From IMG/VR virus record IMGVR_UViG_3300017722_000930, positions 1 through 35,933 of that record: 35,933 bases of DNA. One strand, written 5' to 3'. The DNA is from a virus (Duplodnaviria; Caudoviricetes). How positions within the stretch are numbered: position 1 is the first letter of the stretch; each line of letters opens with the position of its first letter. Shown piece after piece: positions 18,072 to 25,013 of the stretch. Made by a program: the position numbers and the translations under genes. The notes under the pieces were generated by a model. It saw only the letters and a list, made by a program, of their open reading frames with translations. It ran no database searches and was not told where the DNA came from.

Positions 18072-19415
18072 TTAGCGCCAAGGGGACTGCACGGGGATCA
18101 CTTCAAGCTGCTGCGGGCCACGGTCAGACTGATGCGATAACATGGCTTCAGTCAACGCCCAGACCAATGCGTCTACGCGGTCGGGTGAACCTTCACCAGC
18201 GTATCCGGCCATCGTCATTAGCGTCATCTGGTCCTCAAGATCGGACAAGCCCCTAACGTGCGATACGCGGCCTTGCTCGTACAACGCAGCGATAGGCTCA
18301 GCTCGCGCGCTCTTGCCCCGGCTCGCGGTCACTTCCTTGAACGACACGTTGCGGTCTGCCGTCCTGACCACGCTCTGCACCATTGCGCCGCCGAAGTTGC
18401 GCTCTGCTACCAAACGGTCAGCCTTGTGCCTGTAGTAGGCTTCTATGGCGCGCCTAGCCCATGCATCAGGCGATAGCTTGCAGGTCAGGTCCTCAATCAC
18501 GTACCCGCGCCCGTCGATGCCTCGACCAGCCACGACAATGCCGACCTCGTCCCCATCATCCGCGCCGTTTGTTCCGCTGGGATCAATGGCAACCACAACG
18601 CGCACCATCTCGGGCAGATCGTCGCAATACGTGCGGTCTATCATCGCCCGCGTCCACAGCGCGCCTGGAACGTCGTCCAGTATCTCGCCGTCCAGTTCCT
18701 GCCTGCCAAGCCGCGTTCCGGCGTATTTGTCCACCACAGCGGCGATGAACGCTTCGGCCAGGTTGTCCTTGTTCTCCATCGTAGAGCCGCGCGTAATTTC
18801 CGTCGACGGGTTCGCCATAATCTCGCGCAGGACGGGGATGGGCCGGGGCGTTGTCGTTGCCAGAACGCGAGGATCGTCGCCGCGCCGCATCGTAAATTGC
18901 AGCATGTCCCATAGCTCGCGGGCATAGCGGTACTTCGCAAGTTCATCGACCCATGCCGTATCAAACTCAGGTCCGCGTAGCTGATCGGGTTCAGTGCCGT
19001 TGTAGCCAAGGGCTTCAGCGCCGTTGGGCCAGATCAGGCGGACAGGCTTGTATCGCACCTTGGGCATCATGTCGGGCGGGCTGATCTTCAGCAGCCGCGC
19101 AACCATGACCTCTTCCAAGTCCTTCTGCGTCTCAGCCACTAACGCGATTGACCTAGCGCCGTTCTCGACACGCTGTCTAATCCATTGCGCGCCTGCCTCA
19201 GTCTTGCCGAAGCCGCGCCCTGCCAGAATCAACCATGTTCGCCAATCGCCATCGGGTGCCATCTGATTAGGACGCGCCCAGAATGGCCAGTGCCATCGAA
19301 GCGCGGCCTGTGTCTCAATGCTCAGTCCGGCTAGGTGCGATTCCCGTTCCTGCTCTGGCAGCGAGGCTAGCAATTGTGCGGGCGAAAGCATCTGCATCGG
19401 TCTGCACCTGTTCAT
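18072..19415 (-). CDS. terL: Terminase large subunit (true start may be 19397 or 19391)
   Basis: Walker A AGRGFGKT, Walker B AWVDE, motif III TTTP, and nuclease VAIDPS...PDRVDALVWA. Confidence 0.95.
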   Translation of the reverse strand: MNRCRPMQMLSPAQLLASLPEQERESHLAGLSIETQAALRWHWPFWARPNQMAPDGDWRTWLILAGRGFGKTEAGAQWIRQRVENGARSIALVAETQKDLEEVMVARLLKISPPDMMPKVRYKPVRLIWPNGAEALGYNGTEPDQLRGPEFDTAWVDELAKYRYARELWDMLQFTMRRGDDPRVLATTTPRPIPVLREIMANPSTEITRGSTMENKDNLAEAFIAAVVDKYAGTRLGRQELDGEILDDVPGALWTRAMIDRTYCDDLPEMVRVVVAIDPSGTNGADDGDEVGIVVAGRGIDGRGYVIEDLTCKLSPDAWARRAIEAYYRHKADRLVAERNFGGAMVQSVVRTADRNVSFKEVTASRGKSARAEPIAALYEQGRVSHVRGLSDLEDQMTLMTMAGYAGEGSPDRVDALVWALTEAMLSHQSDRGPQQLEVIPVQSPWR

Positions 19416-19686
19416 AACGGATCGGCGCGCCGTCTTCGCCTGTCACCTGCACTGGGATGAGCTTGGGATAGATCGTCGCCCAGAACTTGCTTTCGTTCTC
19501 AGGGTCCTCTTTTGCCCAATCAACCAGACGCTGAACACCGCCAAGTTTTTCGGCAGCTTCGGCAATGACAGACTTGGCAGCAGCGGTGACTTTGTTGGGA
19601 ACGCCTTTCGGACGACCACGGCCAGCGTTAGTCAGGTTGACGCTGGGATTATATTTCCCGCCAGTATTTTGTACATTTGCGGCCAT
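19315..19686 (-). CDS. terS: Terminase small subunit
   Basis: GRGRPKGVPNK motif and QVTGEDGAPI. Overlaps the terL start. Confidence 0.8.
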   Translation of the reverse strand: MAANVQNTGGKYNPSVNLTNAGRGRPKGVPNKVTAAAKSVIAEAAEKLGGVQRLVDWAKEDPENESKFWATIYPKLIPVQVTGEDGAPIRYEQVQTDADAFARTIASLAARAGTGIAPSRTEH

Positions 19687-19689
19687 GCC

Positions 19690-20076
19690 TCAATCTACCT
19701 TGTCTGAGCGCGATGGGCAAGGGCTGTCAGTCTCATCGTTTAGATCGCCAGCCATGCCATTAGTAAACGCTGCCAGTTCTCGCACAGCGGCTTCGTATGC
19801 GGCTTTGGTTGCATGAACGCGGCCAACAAGAGCGCTTAATCGCTCAAGCGGTGGGATCGCCTTCATTTTGGAAAGGCTCACTCCGTAAATGCTAAAGACC
19901 TCCTTTATCTCGTTAAGTGATTTGCGCCCAAAGTTTGGCAACCTCAAGAGTTCCTGTTCACTTAGGCCTACAACCTCGCGGATCGTCGTGAACCCCATGT
20001 CGAGGCAAAGCACATTTGTTGTGCGGGCTGACAGTTCCAGCTCGTCCAGCTTGATGTTTAACGGGTCAATTCTCAT
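19690..20076 (-). CDS. RNA polymerase alpha-subunit C-terminal domain (alpha-CTD)-like protein
   Basis: LDELELSARTTNVL...ELLRLPNFGRKSLNEIKEV closely matches the alphaproteobacterial RpoA CTD. No alpha-NTD is present. Confidence 0.9.
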   Translation of the reverse strand: MRIDPLNIKLDELELSARTTNVLCLDMGFTTIREVVGLSEQELLRLPNFGRKSLNEIKEVFSIYGVSLSKMKAIPPLERLSALVGRVHATKAAYEAAVRELAAFTNGMAGDLNDETDSPCPSRSDKVD

Positions 20077-20079
20077 TTT

Positions 20080-20157
20080 CTAAAACTCAATCTCGCCGGG
20101 TTCCCAATCGTACAGGTCCCAGCCGAAGTTGATGCGGAGGAAGTCGCGTAGGGTCAT
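20080..20157 (-). CDS. Micro-protein (25 aa) MTLRDFLRINFGWDLYDWEPGEIEF
   Basis: ATGA overlap with the HTH gene. It fills the gap almost exactly, ending 3 nt before the alpha-CTD start. Confidence 0.55.
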   Translation of the reverse strand: MTLRDFLRINFGWDLYDWEPGEIEF

Positions 20158-20360
20158 GATCCGCCTTGCTCCATGTAACGTGCGGGCAGTTCGTCCCGAT
20201 CAAGCATCTCTAAAACAACCGACGCTGGACCGCTGATATTGCGCTCGCCGGTTGCCCAGCGATGCACGGTTGATCTGTCTGCAATGCCAAGGATGCGAGC
20301 TATCTGTGCGATAGATAGCCCCTTGGTCTGGCGGATGCGGTTGAAGTCGGCGGGGGTCAT
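20154..20360 (-). CDS. XRE-family HTH protein
   Basis: MTPADFNRIRQTKGLSIAQIARILGIADRSTVHRWATGERNISGP. Confidence 0.85.
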   Translation of the reverse strand: MTPADFNRIRQTKGLSIAQIARILGIADRSTVHRWATGERNISGPASVVLEMLDRDELPARYMEQGGS

Positions 20361-20650
20361 GCGGCCTCCCCTTCTTCATAAAAGCCAGCGTCCTCGAAAA
20401 CCGTGTGGAACGGCTTGTCGGCAACGCCATAGGAAAAGATGCGACGGCAGGAAGCGCCGCGCGCTCCCATTGTGTGCACCCAGTGGTGGGCCAGATCGGC
20501 AGCGTGAAGCTGGTCGTCTGCGTGAAGAAGGAACCATTCCCCCTTGCTGTTTTTAACGGCAACCGCAAAGCGAATGCCTTGCGCAAGGAGAGCTTGGCAA
20601 GCCAGCGGAGTGGCTTCGGTGATGGCGGAAAAGAGAGAAGCGTGAAACAT
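20357..20650 (-). CDS. Hypothetical protein
   Basis: ATG at 20650 preceded by GGAGG, with an ATGA overlap onto the HTH gene. Confidence 0.7.
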   Translation of the reverse strand: MFHASLFSAITEATPLACQALLAQGIRFAVAVKNSKGEWFLLHADDQLHAADLAHHWVHTMGARGASCRRIFSYGVADKPFHTVFEDAGFYEEGEAA

Positions 20651-20693
20651 AAGAACCTCCGAAAGAGTGGGCAGTGCCCGTTGCGTTGAAACC

Positions 20694-20722
20694 ACCTTAG
20701 CGCCAGCGTTGCGGATTGCAAC
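20694..20722 (-). promoter_or_regulatory. Promoter with an overlapping palindromic operator
   Basis: TTGCAA-N16-TAAGGT. The palindrome GTTGC-GGATT-GCAAC (20708-20722) covers the -35. Confidence 0.55.
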
Positions 20723-20802
20723 ACCTATTTTGCATCCGGCTCAATTTTTCTCACGGCGACAATATCCCCGCCCGATCCCGTGTGTATCCTGGCGCAGGTA
20801 TG

Positions 20803-21225
20803 TCAGCTAACATCGGCTTGCATGGTCTTGCGAACCTCGCGGGTGATCGTTCCGTTGGCGACAAGCTCGTTGAACCGCTCTTGCGTCATGCCGGTGGCAA
20901 TCGCGCGGGCTACTACGGCATTGGTTGCTTCGATCTCGCCGGGTTCAGGCGTCCACGGGTCAACAGGGCGGGCAGGAGCTTCGCCAGGCTTGATATTGCC
21001 AGAGTGGTCCACATACCAATACGGCGATTGCGGTGATCTGCGGCGCGCGTTGTACGCATCTGCCAAATCGTAAGGATAAGCGCGATTAGTTCGAATGAAC
21101 ACGATAGGCTCAGCAATCTCTTTGCCCTTATCGTCCTTTACGAGGATCGTGACAGTCTCGCCGGGGCGCGCATCGCGTCCGGTTGACAACATGGTCAGGC
21201 CATCGCGGCGAAGTGGATTGCTCAT
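20803..21225 (-). CDS. Hypothetical protein downstream of the replication initiator
   Basis: 140 aa with an ATGA overlap onto rep. Confidence 0.65.
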   Translation of the reverse strand: MSNPLRRDGLTMLSTGRDARPGETVTILVKDDKGKEIAEPIVFIRTNRAYPYDLADAYNARRRSPQSPYWYVDHSGNIKPGEAPARPVDPWTPEPGEIEATNAVVARAIATGMTQERFNELVANGTITREVRKTMQADVS

Positions 21226-21944
21226 TGGTCGTAGTTTCCTTCAAGGATTTTCTGAAAATTGGCGCGCTTAAATACCCAATCAAACGTGCAGCCGTGCCAG
21301 CCGTTGTCACCTCGCAAAAATGGCGAGCGTTCGATCTTGCCGAAAACGTCCTGAAAGTCACTGAGCTCGTATTGACCTATGCGGGCCTTAAGCAATTCGC
21401 GGCGGGCAGGCGTGAGGCTGCGGACTGTGGGCTTGCCTAGCCTAGGGGCAGTGTCGTTCCATATCTCGACAACATGCTCAGGCTTGAGTGCATCGCCAGA
21501 TGCACAAATAACTTCTTTATCTATCTCTACATCTATCTCTGCATCTATCTCTGGTGCGTGACTATGCGTGACAGCGTGTGACACAGCGTCCGCTTGCGCT
21601 CTTTCGCGTTCCCTTTGCGCGGCTTTGCGTGCCGCTGCGCCATCATCTTCGCGCTTCGGTTGGCGCTTTTCCCAGCCGGTTAAACGATTGGTTTCAAGCA
21701 CTTTGCCTTGCATGGCTGCGATGATAGCAATTACCGCTTCTGGCTCCATATCAAGCGCGGCTGCTGCATCATCATCATTCCAGTTGTACAGCGTCCCGCG
21801 TTCGTCGACGTTGCTGCTGGCGTTGACCATGATGAGATTAAACAGCGCAATGACGCATGGCAGAGGCTGACCGCTTTTGCGTGCTATCGTTCGCCACTTA
21901 GGATCGGTCGGCATATCGTGCCAAAGGCGCACCCATCCTGTCAT
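21222..21944 (-). CDS. Lambdoid replication initiator (O-like)
   Basis: N-terminus WVRLWHDMPTDPKW, low-complexity linker with iteron-like repeats, and C-terminus SPFLRGDNGWHGCTFDWVFK..NFQKILEGNY. Confidence 0.8.
   Translation of the reverse strand: MTGWVRLWHDMPTDPKWRTIARKSGQPLPCVIALFNLIMVNASSNVDERGTLYNWNDDDAAAALDMEPEAVIAIIAAMQGKVLETNRLTGWEKRQPKREDDGAAARKAAQRERERAQADAVSHAVTHSHAPEIDAEIDVEIDKEVICASGDALKPEHVVEIWNDTAPRLGKPTVRSLTPARRELLKARIGQYELSDFQDVFGKIERSPFLRGDNGWHGCTFDWVFKRANFQKILEGNYDQ
21519..21590. repeat. Iteron-like repeats within rep (putative origin)
   Basis: Three 12-nt ATCTATCTCT(AC/GC/GG) repeats next to spaced GTGAC repeats. Lambdoid origins lie inside the initiator gene. Confidence 0.55.
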
Positions 21945-21991
21945 GAGTAAATGGCCTTGCGGTCGGCAACTGATCTGGATATAAAACGCAT
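21941..21991 (-). CDS. Putative leader peptide (16 aa) coupled to rep
   Basis: RBS AAAGGGGG, then MRFISRSVADRKAIYS*. The stop overlaps the rep ATG (ATGA). Confidence 0.45.
   Translation of the reverse strand: MRFISRSVADRKAIYS
21957..21985 (+). promoter_or_regulatory. Putative antisense promoter facing the rep leader
   Basis: TTGCGG-N17-TATAAA on the + strand, with no + gene downstream. Confidence 0.55.
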
Positions 21992-22064
21992 ATTCGGTTG
22001 CCCCCTTTCGGCACGTAAGCGACCAAAATGCGCGCCTGCCCAGAAGCGCAATTGGTTGGCCGAC

Positions 22065-22093
22065 CTTATACCCTTATCGTTAATCACTTGCAA
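22065..22093 (-). promoter_or_regulatory. Putative sigma70 promoter for rep
   Basis: TTGCAA-N17-TATAAG. Confidence 0.6.
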
Positions 22094-22460
22094 GTAAGTC
22101 GGGGCAAACTGCGCTTACCTCGATGACAAACGAGCCGGTGCGCGTGTCTGCGAACTCAACGACAGGCGCGCGAAACCGGCGGTCGTTGACCTTCAGCGCA
22201 TCCGCGATTCCGTCCAAGTAGGCTTTGCAGGCGGAAGCGCAGTTATCCCGATCAGGGAGCGGCCCGCGTGGCTTGGCAGACACGATCAGCCTAATGGCAA
22301 TGTCACCTTCCTCTGCTGGCCACGATCTAGCGTAGCGCCATGTCTCAGCAGTCGCCCATCCGCGATGTTTCTTCTTCTGACCGCTGACAGCATGGTGATT
22401 GCCGCGCGAGCCGTTGGGCCAAAGCAACTGGTGCGGCCAGGGGAGTGTCAGCCGGATCAT
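22080..22460 (-). CDS. rusA: RusA-like Holliday junction resolvase
   Basis: LTLPWP...LWPN and PDRDNCASACKAYLDGIADALKVNDRRF (the D-x-DN...K...D pattern). Confidence 0.8.
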   Translation of the reverse strand: MIRLTLPWPHQLLWPNGSRGNHHAVSGQKKKHRGWATAETWRYARSWPAEEGDIAIRLIVSAKPRGPLPDRDNCASACKAYLDGIADALKVNDRRFRAPVVEFADTRTGSFVIEVSAVCPDLLASD

Positions 22461-23146
22461 TTTGACCTCACGTATTTCGCTGCGATCTTGCGCATCTTGT
22501 CCGTTGCGTTTGCCTCGTACATCTTGAGCGCGTGTAAGATCGTGCTGTGGTCGCGGTTAAGCCATCGGCCCACCTGGCACGATGAATTGCCGCGCTGGAT
22601 CAAAACCCAAGCGCACGTATTCCGTGCCGTTACAAAGTCACGCTTGCGCCGGTCGCCGACAACGTCCGTCGGCTGAACGCCAAACGCCCATGCGATACAG
22701 GCGATGATCTCCGGTGCAGAGACGGGACCAAGCGCAGCGCGAACATCCTTACGCTCTGCGAGCGATTGTAGCGCTTCAATGTGCTTTCGCTGGCGTACAC
22801 GCTGCTGAGCGCGGCGCTCAATCTCTCTGCGCTTCTCACGGGCTTCTAGATGCTGTGCGTCGTTGGCGTCCTTGATGGCCTTGTCAGAAGCGATCTGCGC
22901 TTGCGTGCGCTTCTGACCATCTTCGGCCTGAACGGCCTTCTCGACCTCGCGCAGGAACAATTCACGCTGGCGCTGGTTATCGTTTTCAACAACAGCGCGC
23001 ATGGCCTTAATCTGTTCGCGGGTCACATCGTGATAGCCGTATTCGCGGTTAAGCTGCGCTAGGATGAACCCTGCATCGCTGTGCCGCTGCGCGAGCTTGG
23101 CCGCGTAAGTCATGGGCAAACCCATTGGATGATTGGCGTGGCTCAT
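22457..23146 (-). CDS. Protein with a DnaA domain IV-like HTH
   Basis: C-terminus RRKRDFVTARNTCAWVL...SSCQVGRWLNRDHSTILHAL matches the Bac_DnaA_C signature. A coiled-coil region precedes it. Confidence 0.8.
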   Translation of the reverse strand: MSHANHPMGLPMTYAAKLAQRHSDAGFILAQLNREYGYHDVTREQIKAMRAVVENDNQRQRELFLREVEKAVQAEDGQKRTQAQIASDKAIKDANDAQHLEAREKRREIERRAQQRVRQRKHIEALQSLAERKDVRAALGPVSAPEIIACIAWAFGVQPTDVVGDRRKRDFVTARNTCAWVLIQRGNSSCQVGRWLNRDHSTILHALKMYEANATDKMRKIAAKYVRSK

Positions 23147-23289
23147 CGTTGCACCTGTGAATAGGCTCGCCGCACCGCCTTACGGGCCGCTAGGCGCTCG
23201 TTAAGTTCAGCCTCGCCCTGTGGCAATAAATCAGGACGGATGCGCTCACGGGCCTTGGCTGGCAGGATGGCGATAAGGTCGCGGATCAT
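23143..23289 (-). CDS. Hypothetical protein (48 aa), not in the ORF track
   Basis: MIRDLIAILPAKARERIRP...; ATGA overlaps at both ends. Confidence 0.6.
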   Translation of the reverse strand: MIRDLIAILPAKARERIRPDLLPQGEAELNERLAARKAVRRAYSQVQR

Positions 23290-23474
23290 TCTTCACTTCG
23301 CAGTTTGTAAAACGCGCGCAAGGCATCCGGCCCTTCGCGTGTAGCGTGGGCTTTCGCAATGGCGATTAGCAAGACCCGCGATCCTTCGCGCATCATCTTC
23401 TCGTTTATCCGTTCCGATGTAGTGCCTTCGAGATCGTTGTGCGGTTGGTATTTCCGCCAGAGATACTGGGTCAT
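23286..23474 (-). CDS. Hypothetical protein
   Basis: 62 aa, coupled by ATGA overlaps. Confidence 0.6.
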   Translation of the reverse strand: MTQYLWRKYQPHNDLEGTTSERINEKMMREGSRVLLIAIAKAHATREGPDALRAFYKLRSEE

Positions 23475-23686
23475 GCTGCTGTCTCCCGAGCTTGGCGAAC
23501 GACCGGGCTAAGGTCCGACGCATTAACCGCGCCGTCCGTAGCCTTTTCAACCGCAAGCGCAATTGCTCCAGGCCAATCTTTTGAATGCCGCAACTGCGAC
23601 AATCGGCCCTTGGTTACGCCAATGGCCTTAGATAGATCGGTCAGCCGAAGCGAACCGGGGCGAGTGAAATATTGGTCTAGGGTCAT
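23471..23686 (-). CDS. cro: Cro/YdaS-like HTH regulator (possibly leaderless)
   Basis: MTLDQYF...LSKAIGVTKGRLSQL...ALAVEKATDGAVNASDL. It is the first gene of the leftward arm. Confidence 0.8.
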   Translation of the reverse strand: MTLDQYFTRPGSLRLTDLSKAIGVTKGRLSQLRHSKDWPGAIALAVEKATDGAVNASDLSPVVRQARETAA

Positions 23687-23693
23687 GCGCTCT

Positions 23694-23783
23694 TTCATAC
23701 CGCCGGATTGGGTTAGCGCAACTGAATTATTTTTGCCGCGCTAAACTTTTATGCTTGCACGGTGCAATTCCCGCGTTTAGAGA
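23694..23783. promoter_or_regulatory. Divergent early promoter/operator region
   Basis: Leftward TTGCGC-N16-TATGAA, 7 nt before the cro ATG. Rightward TTGCAC-N17-TAGAGA. Perfect palindrome TTGCAC-G-GTGCAA at 23755-23767. Confidence 0.55.
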
Positions 23784-23820
23784 TATGCAACAGCGGCACG
23801 GTGCCGCAGGGGATACTACA

Positions 23821-24108
23821 ATGGCCGCTTATTCTTTTCACGCTGAGTTTGGCAAATGCCTGACTGCGATCCGTGGCGCTAACGAGGGCGACACAGTTAC
23901 CCTGTCTGTTGGCAGCTACGCCTACAGCCTTCCGCGCAATGGGTTTGGTTTGCAGTCGAGCCAGTGGACGCAGTATGTGTTGCCCGCGCCGGTCGGCGTT
24001 GATTGTTTCGGCGCGCAGTTGTTTGATCTTGATGGCCTTGGGCAGTGCCCGATTGATGGGTCATTTCAGCATGAAGCGACACGCCTTGCCGCGCAGGTGG
24101 CAGCATGA
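23821..24108 (+). CDS. Hypothetical early protein
   Basis: ATG at 23821 after AGGGGA. First gene of the rightward arm. Confidence 0.65.
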   Translation: MAAYSFHAEFGKCLTAIRGANEGDTVTLSVGSYAYSLPRNGFGLQSSQWTQYVLPAPVGVDCFGAQLFDLDGLGQCPIDGSFQHEATRLAAQVAA

Positions 24109-24407
24109 ACCCCGCACACAAAACAGACTGGCTCGCAGTCACGCGCGAACGCAACCTTACCGACGCGCGCAAGCTCGCCGCAACTTCAGCCGCATACCTT
24201 GCAGCGCTGGAAGCCGCAGACGGTGACTACACTCGCCTCGCACAGCGCGCCGAAGTGCCGATGCTTGAGGCAATCTTTAGCGTGACCGAGTGCATGGACG
24301 TTTGGAACCTGCTCGCAGACCGCGAGGCTGAACTGGCTCCGGTTGGCTGGCGCGGCGATGATGAGCGCTGGCTGGACGACGGGTTTTATTGCGGGGGCGC
24401 GGCATGA
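24105..24407 (+). CDS. Hypothetical protein
   Basis: 100 aa with ATGA coupling. Confidence 0.65.
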   Translation: MNPAHKTDWLAVTRERNLTDARKLAATSAAYLAALEAADGDYTRLAQRAEVPMLEAIFSVTECMDVWNLLADREAELAPVGWRGDDERWLDDGFYCGGAA

Positions 24408-24610
24408 GCGCCGCTGACCAAGCCGCGATCATTGGCCGCGCTTCGTCGCATGTCGCATGGGCGCTGGCCGCAGCCGAAGCGGGCGACATTGGCGGCGCTC
24501 GCGTGTTCCTGAACCGCGCTGCTGCTGCGCTGGGCGTTGATGGGCCTTCGCCGCTCTACATCGCGCATGTGCCCAGCTTCGCGCGCCAGCACAGTGAAGA
24601 AGCCCACTGA
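24404..24610 (+). CDS. Hypothetical protein
   Basis: MSAADQAA..., with ATGA coupling. Confidence 0.6.
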   Translation: MSAADQAAIIGRASSHVAWALAAAEAGDIGGARVFLNRAAAALGVDGPSPLYIAHVPSFARQHSEEAH

Positions 24611-24903
24611 TGGCCAGCACTGCGCAATACAAGTGCAAGAATTGTGGATGCCAATTCACCGCACGCACCGCCGATAGGGCACGCGGTTGGGCTCGATTTT
24701 GCTCTAAGTCTTGCAAGGCTGGCGAGCAGGTCAAGCGCACTGGCGTTGCAGGTCCGACCGCGAGGCGCGATTATTATTGCAGCGAATGTGGCGAAACTGC
24801 ACGCAAATACATCGGCGCGGGCCAGATCGAATATCTGTGCAACCATCACGCTGCCATGTGGGAACACCCGTTTTCGTCTGATGGGTTGGGGCAGTGGGCG
24901 TGA
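24610..24903 (+). CDS. Zinc-finger protein
   Basis: CKNCG..F...RGWARFCSKSC plus CSECG...LCNHH. Confidence 0.75.
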   Translation: MASTAQYKCKNCGCQFTARTADRARGWARFCSKSCKAGEQVKRTGVAGPTARRDYYCSECGETARKYIGAGQIEYLCNHHAAMWEHPFSSDGLGQWA

Positions 24904-25013
24904 CCGCCGCCCTCCGCCTCATCCGCAACCACCCGCGCGAGTTCATCACCGGCCTGCCTGTCATGGCCTTGGCTTGCGCGCTGTTTACTCTTGTTTGGAT
25001 TGTAACGCCATGA
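24900..25013 (+). CDS. Small membrane protein (37 aa)
   Basis: GTGA/ATGA overlaps; MTAALRLIRNHPREFITGLPVMALACALFTLVWIVTP. Confidence 0.55.
   Translation: MTAALRLIRNHPREFITGLPVMALACALFTLVWIVTP

Noticed and set aside
12686-18256. Long plus-strand ORFs (12686..13585, 14093..15082, 17288..18256)
   Set aside because: They are antisense to the coat, portal and decoration genes, have no recognisable motifs, and are expected in GC-rich coding DNA.
19315-19415. terS/terL overlap as a frameshift site
   Set aside because: No slippery site was seen and terL has in-frame ATGs. Such overlaps are common.
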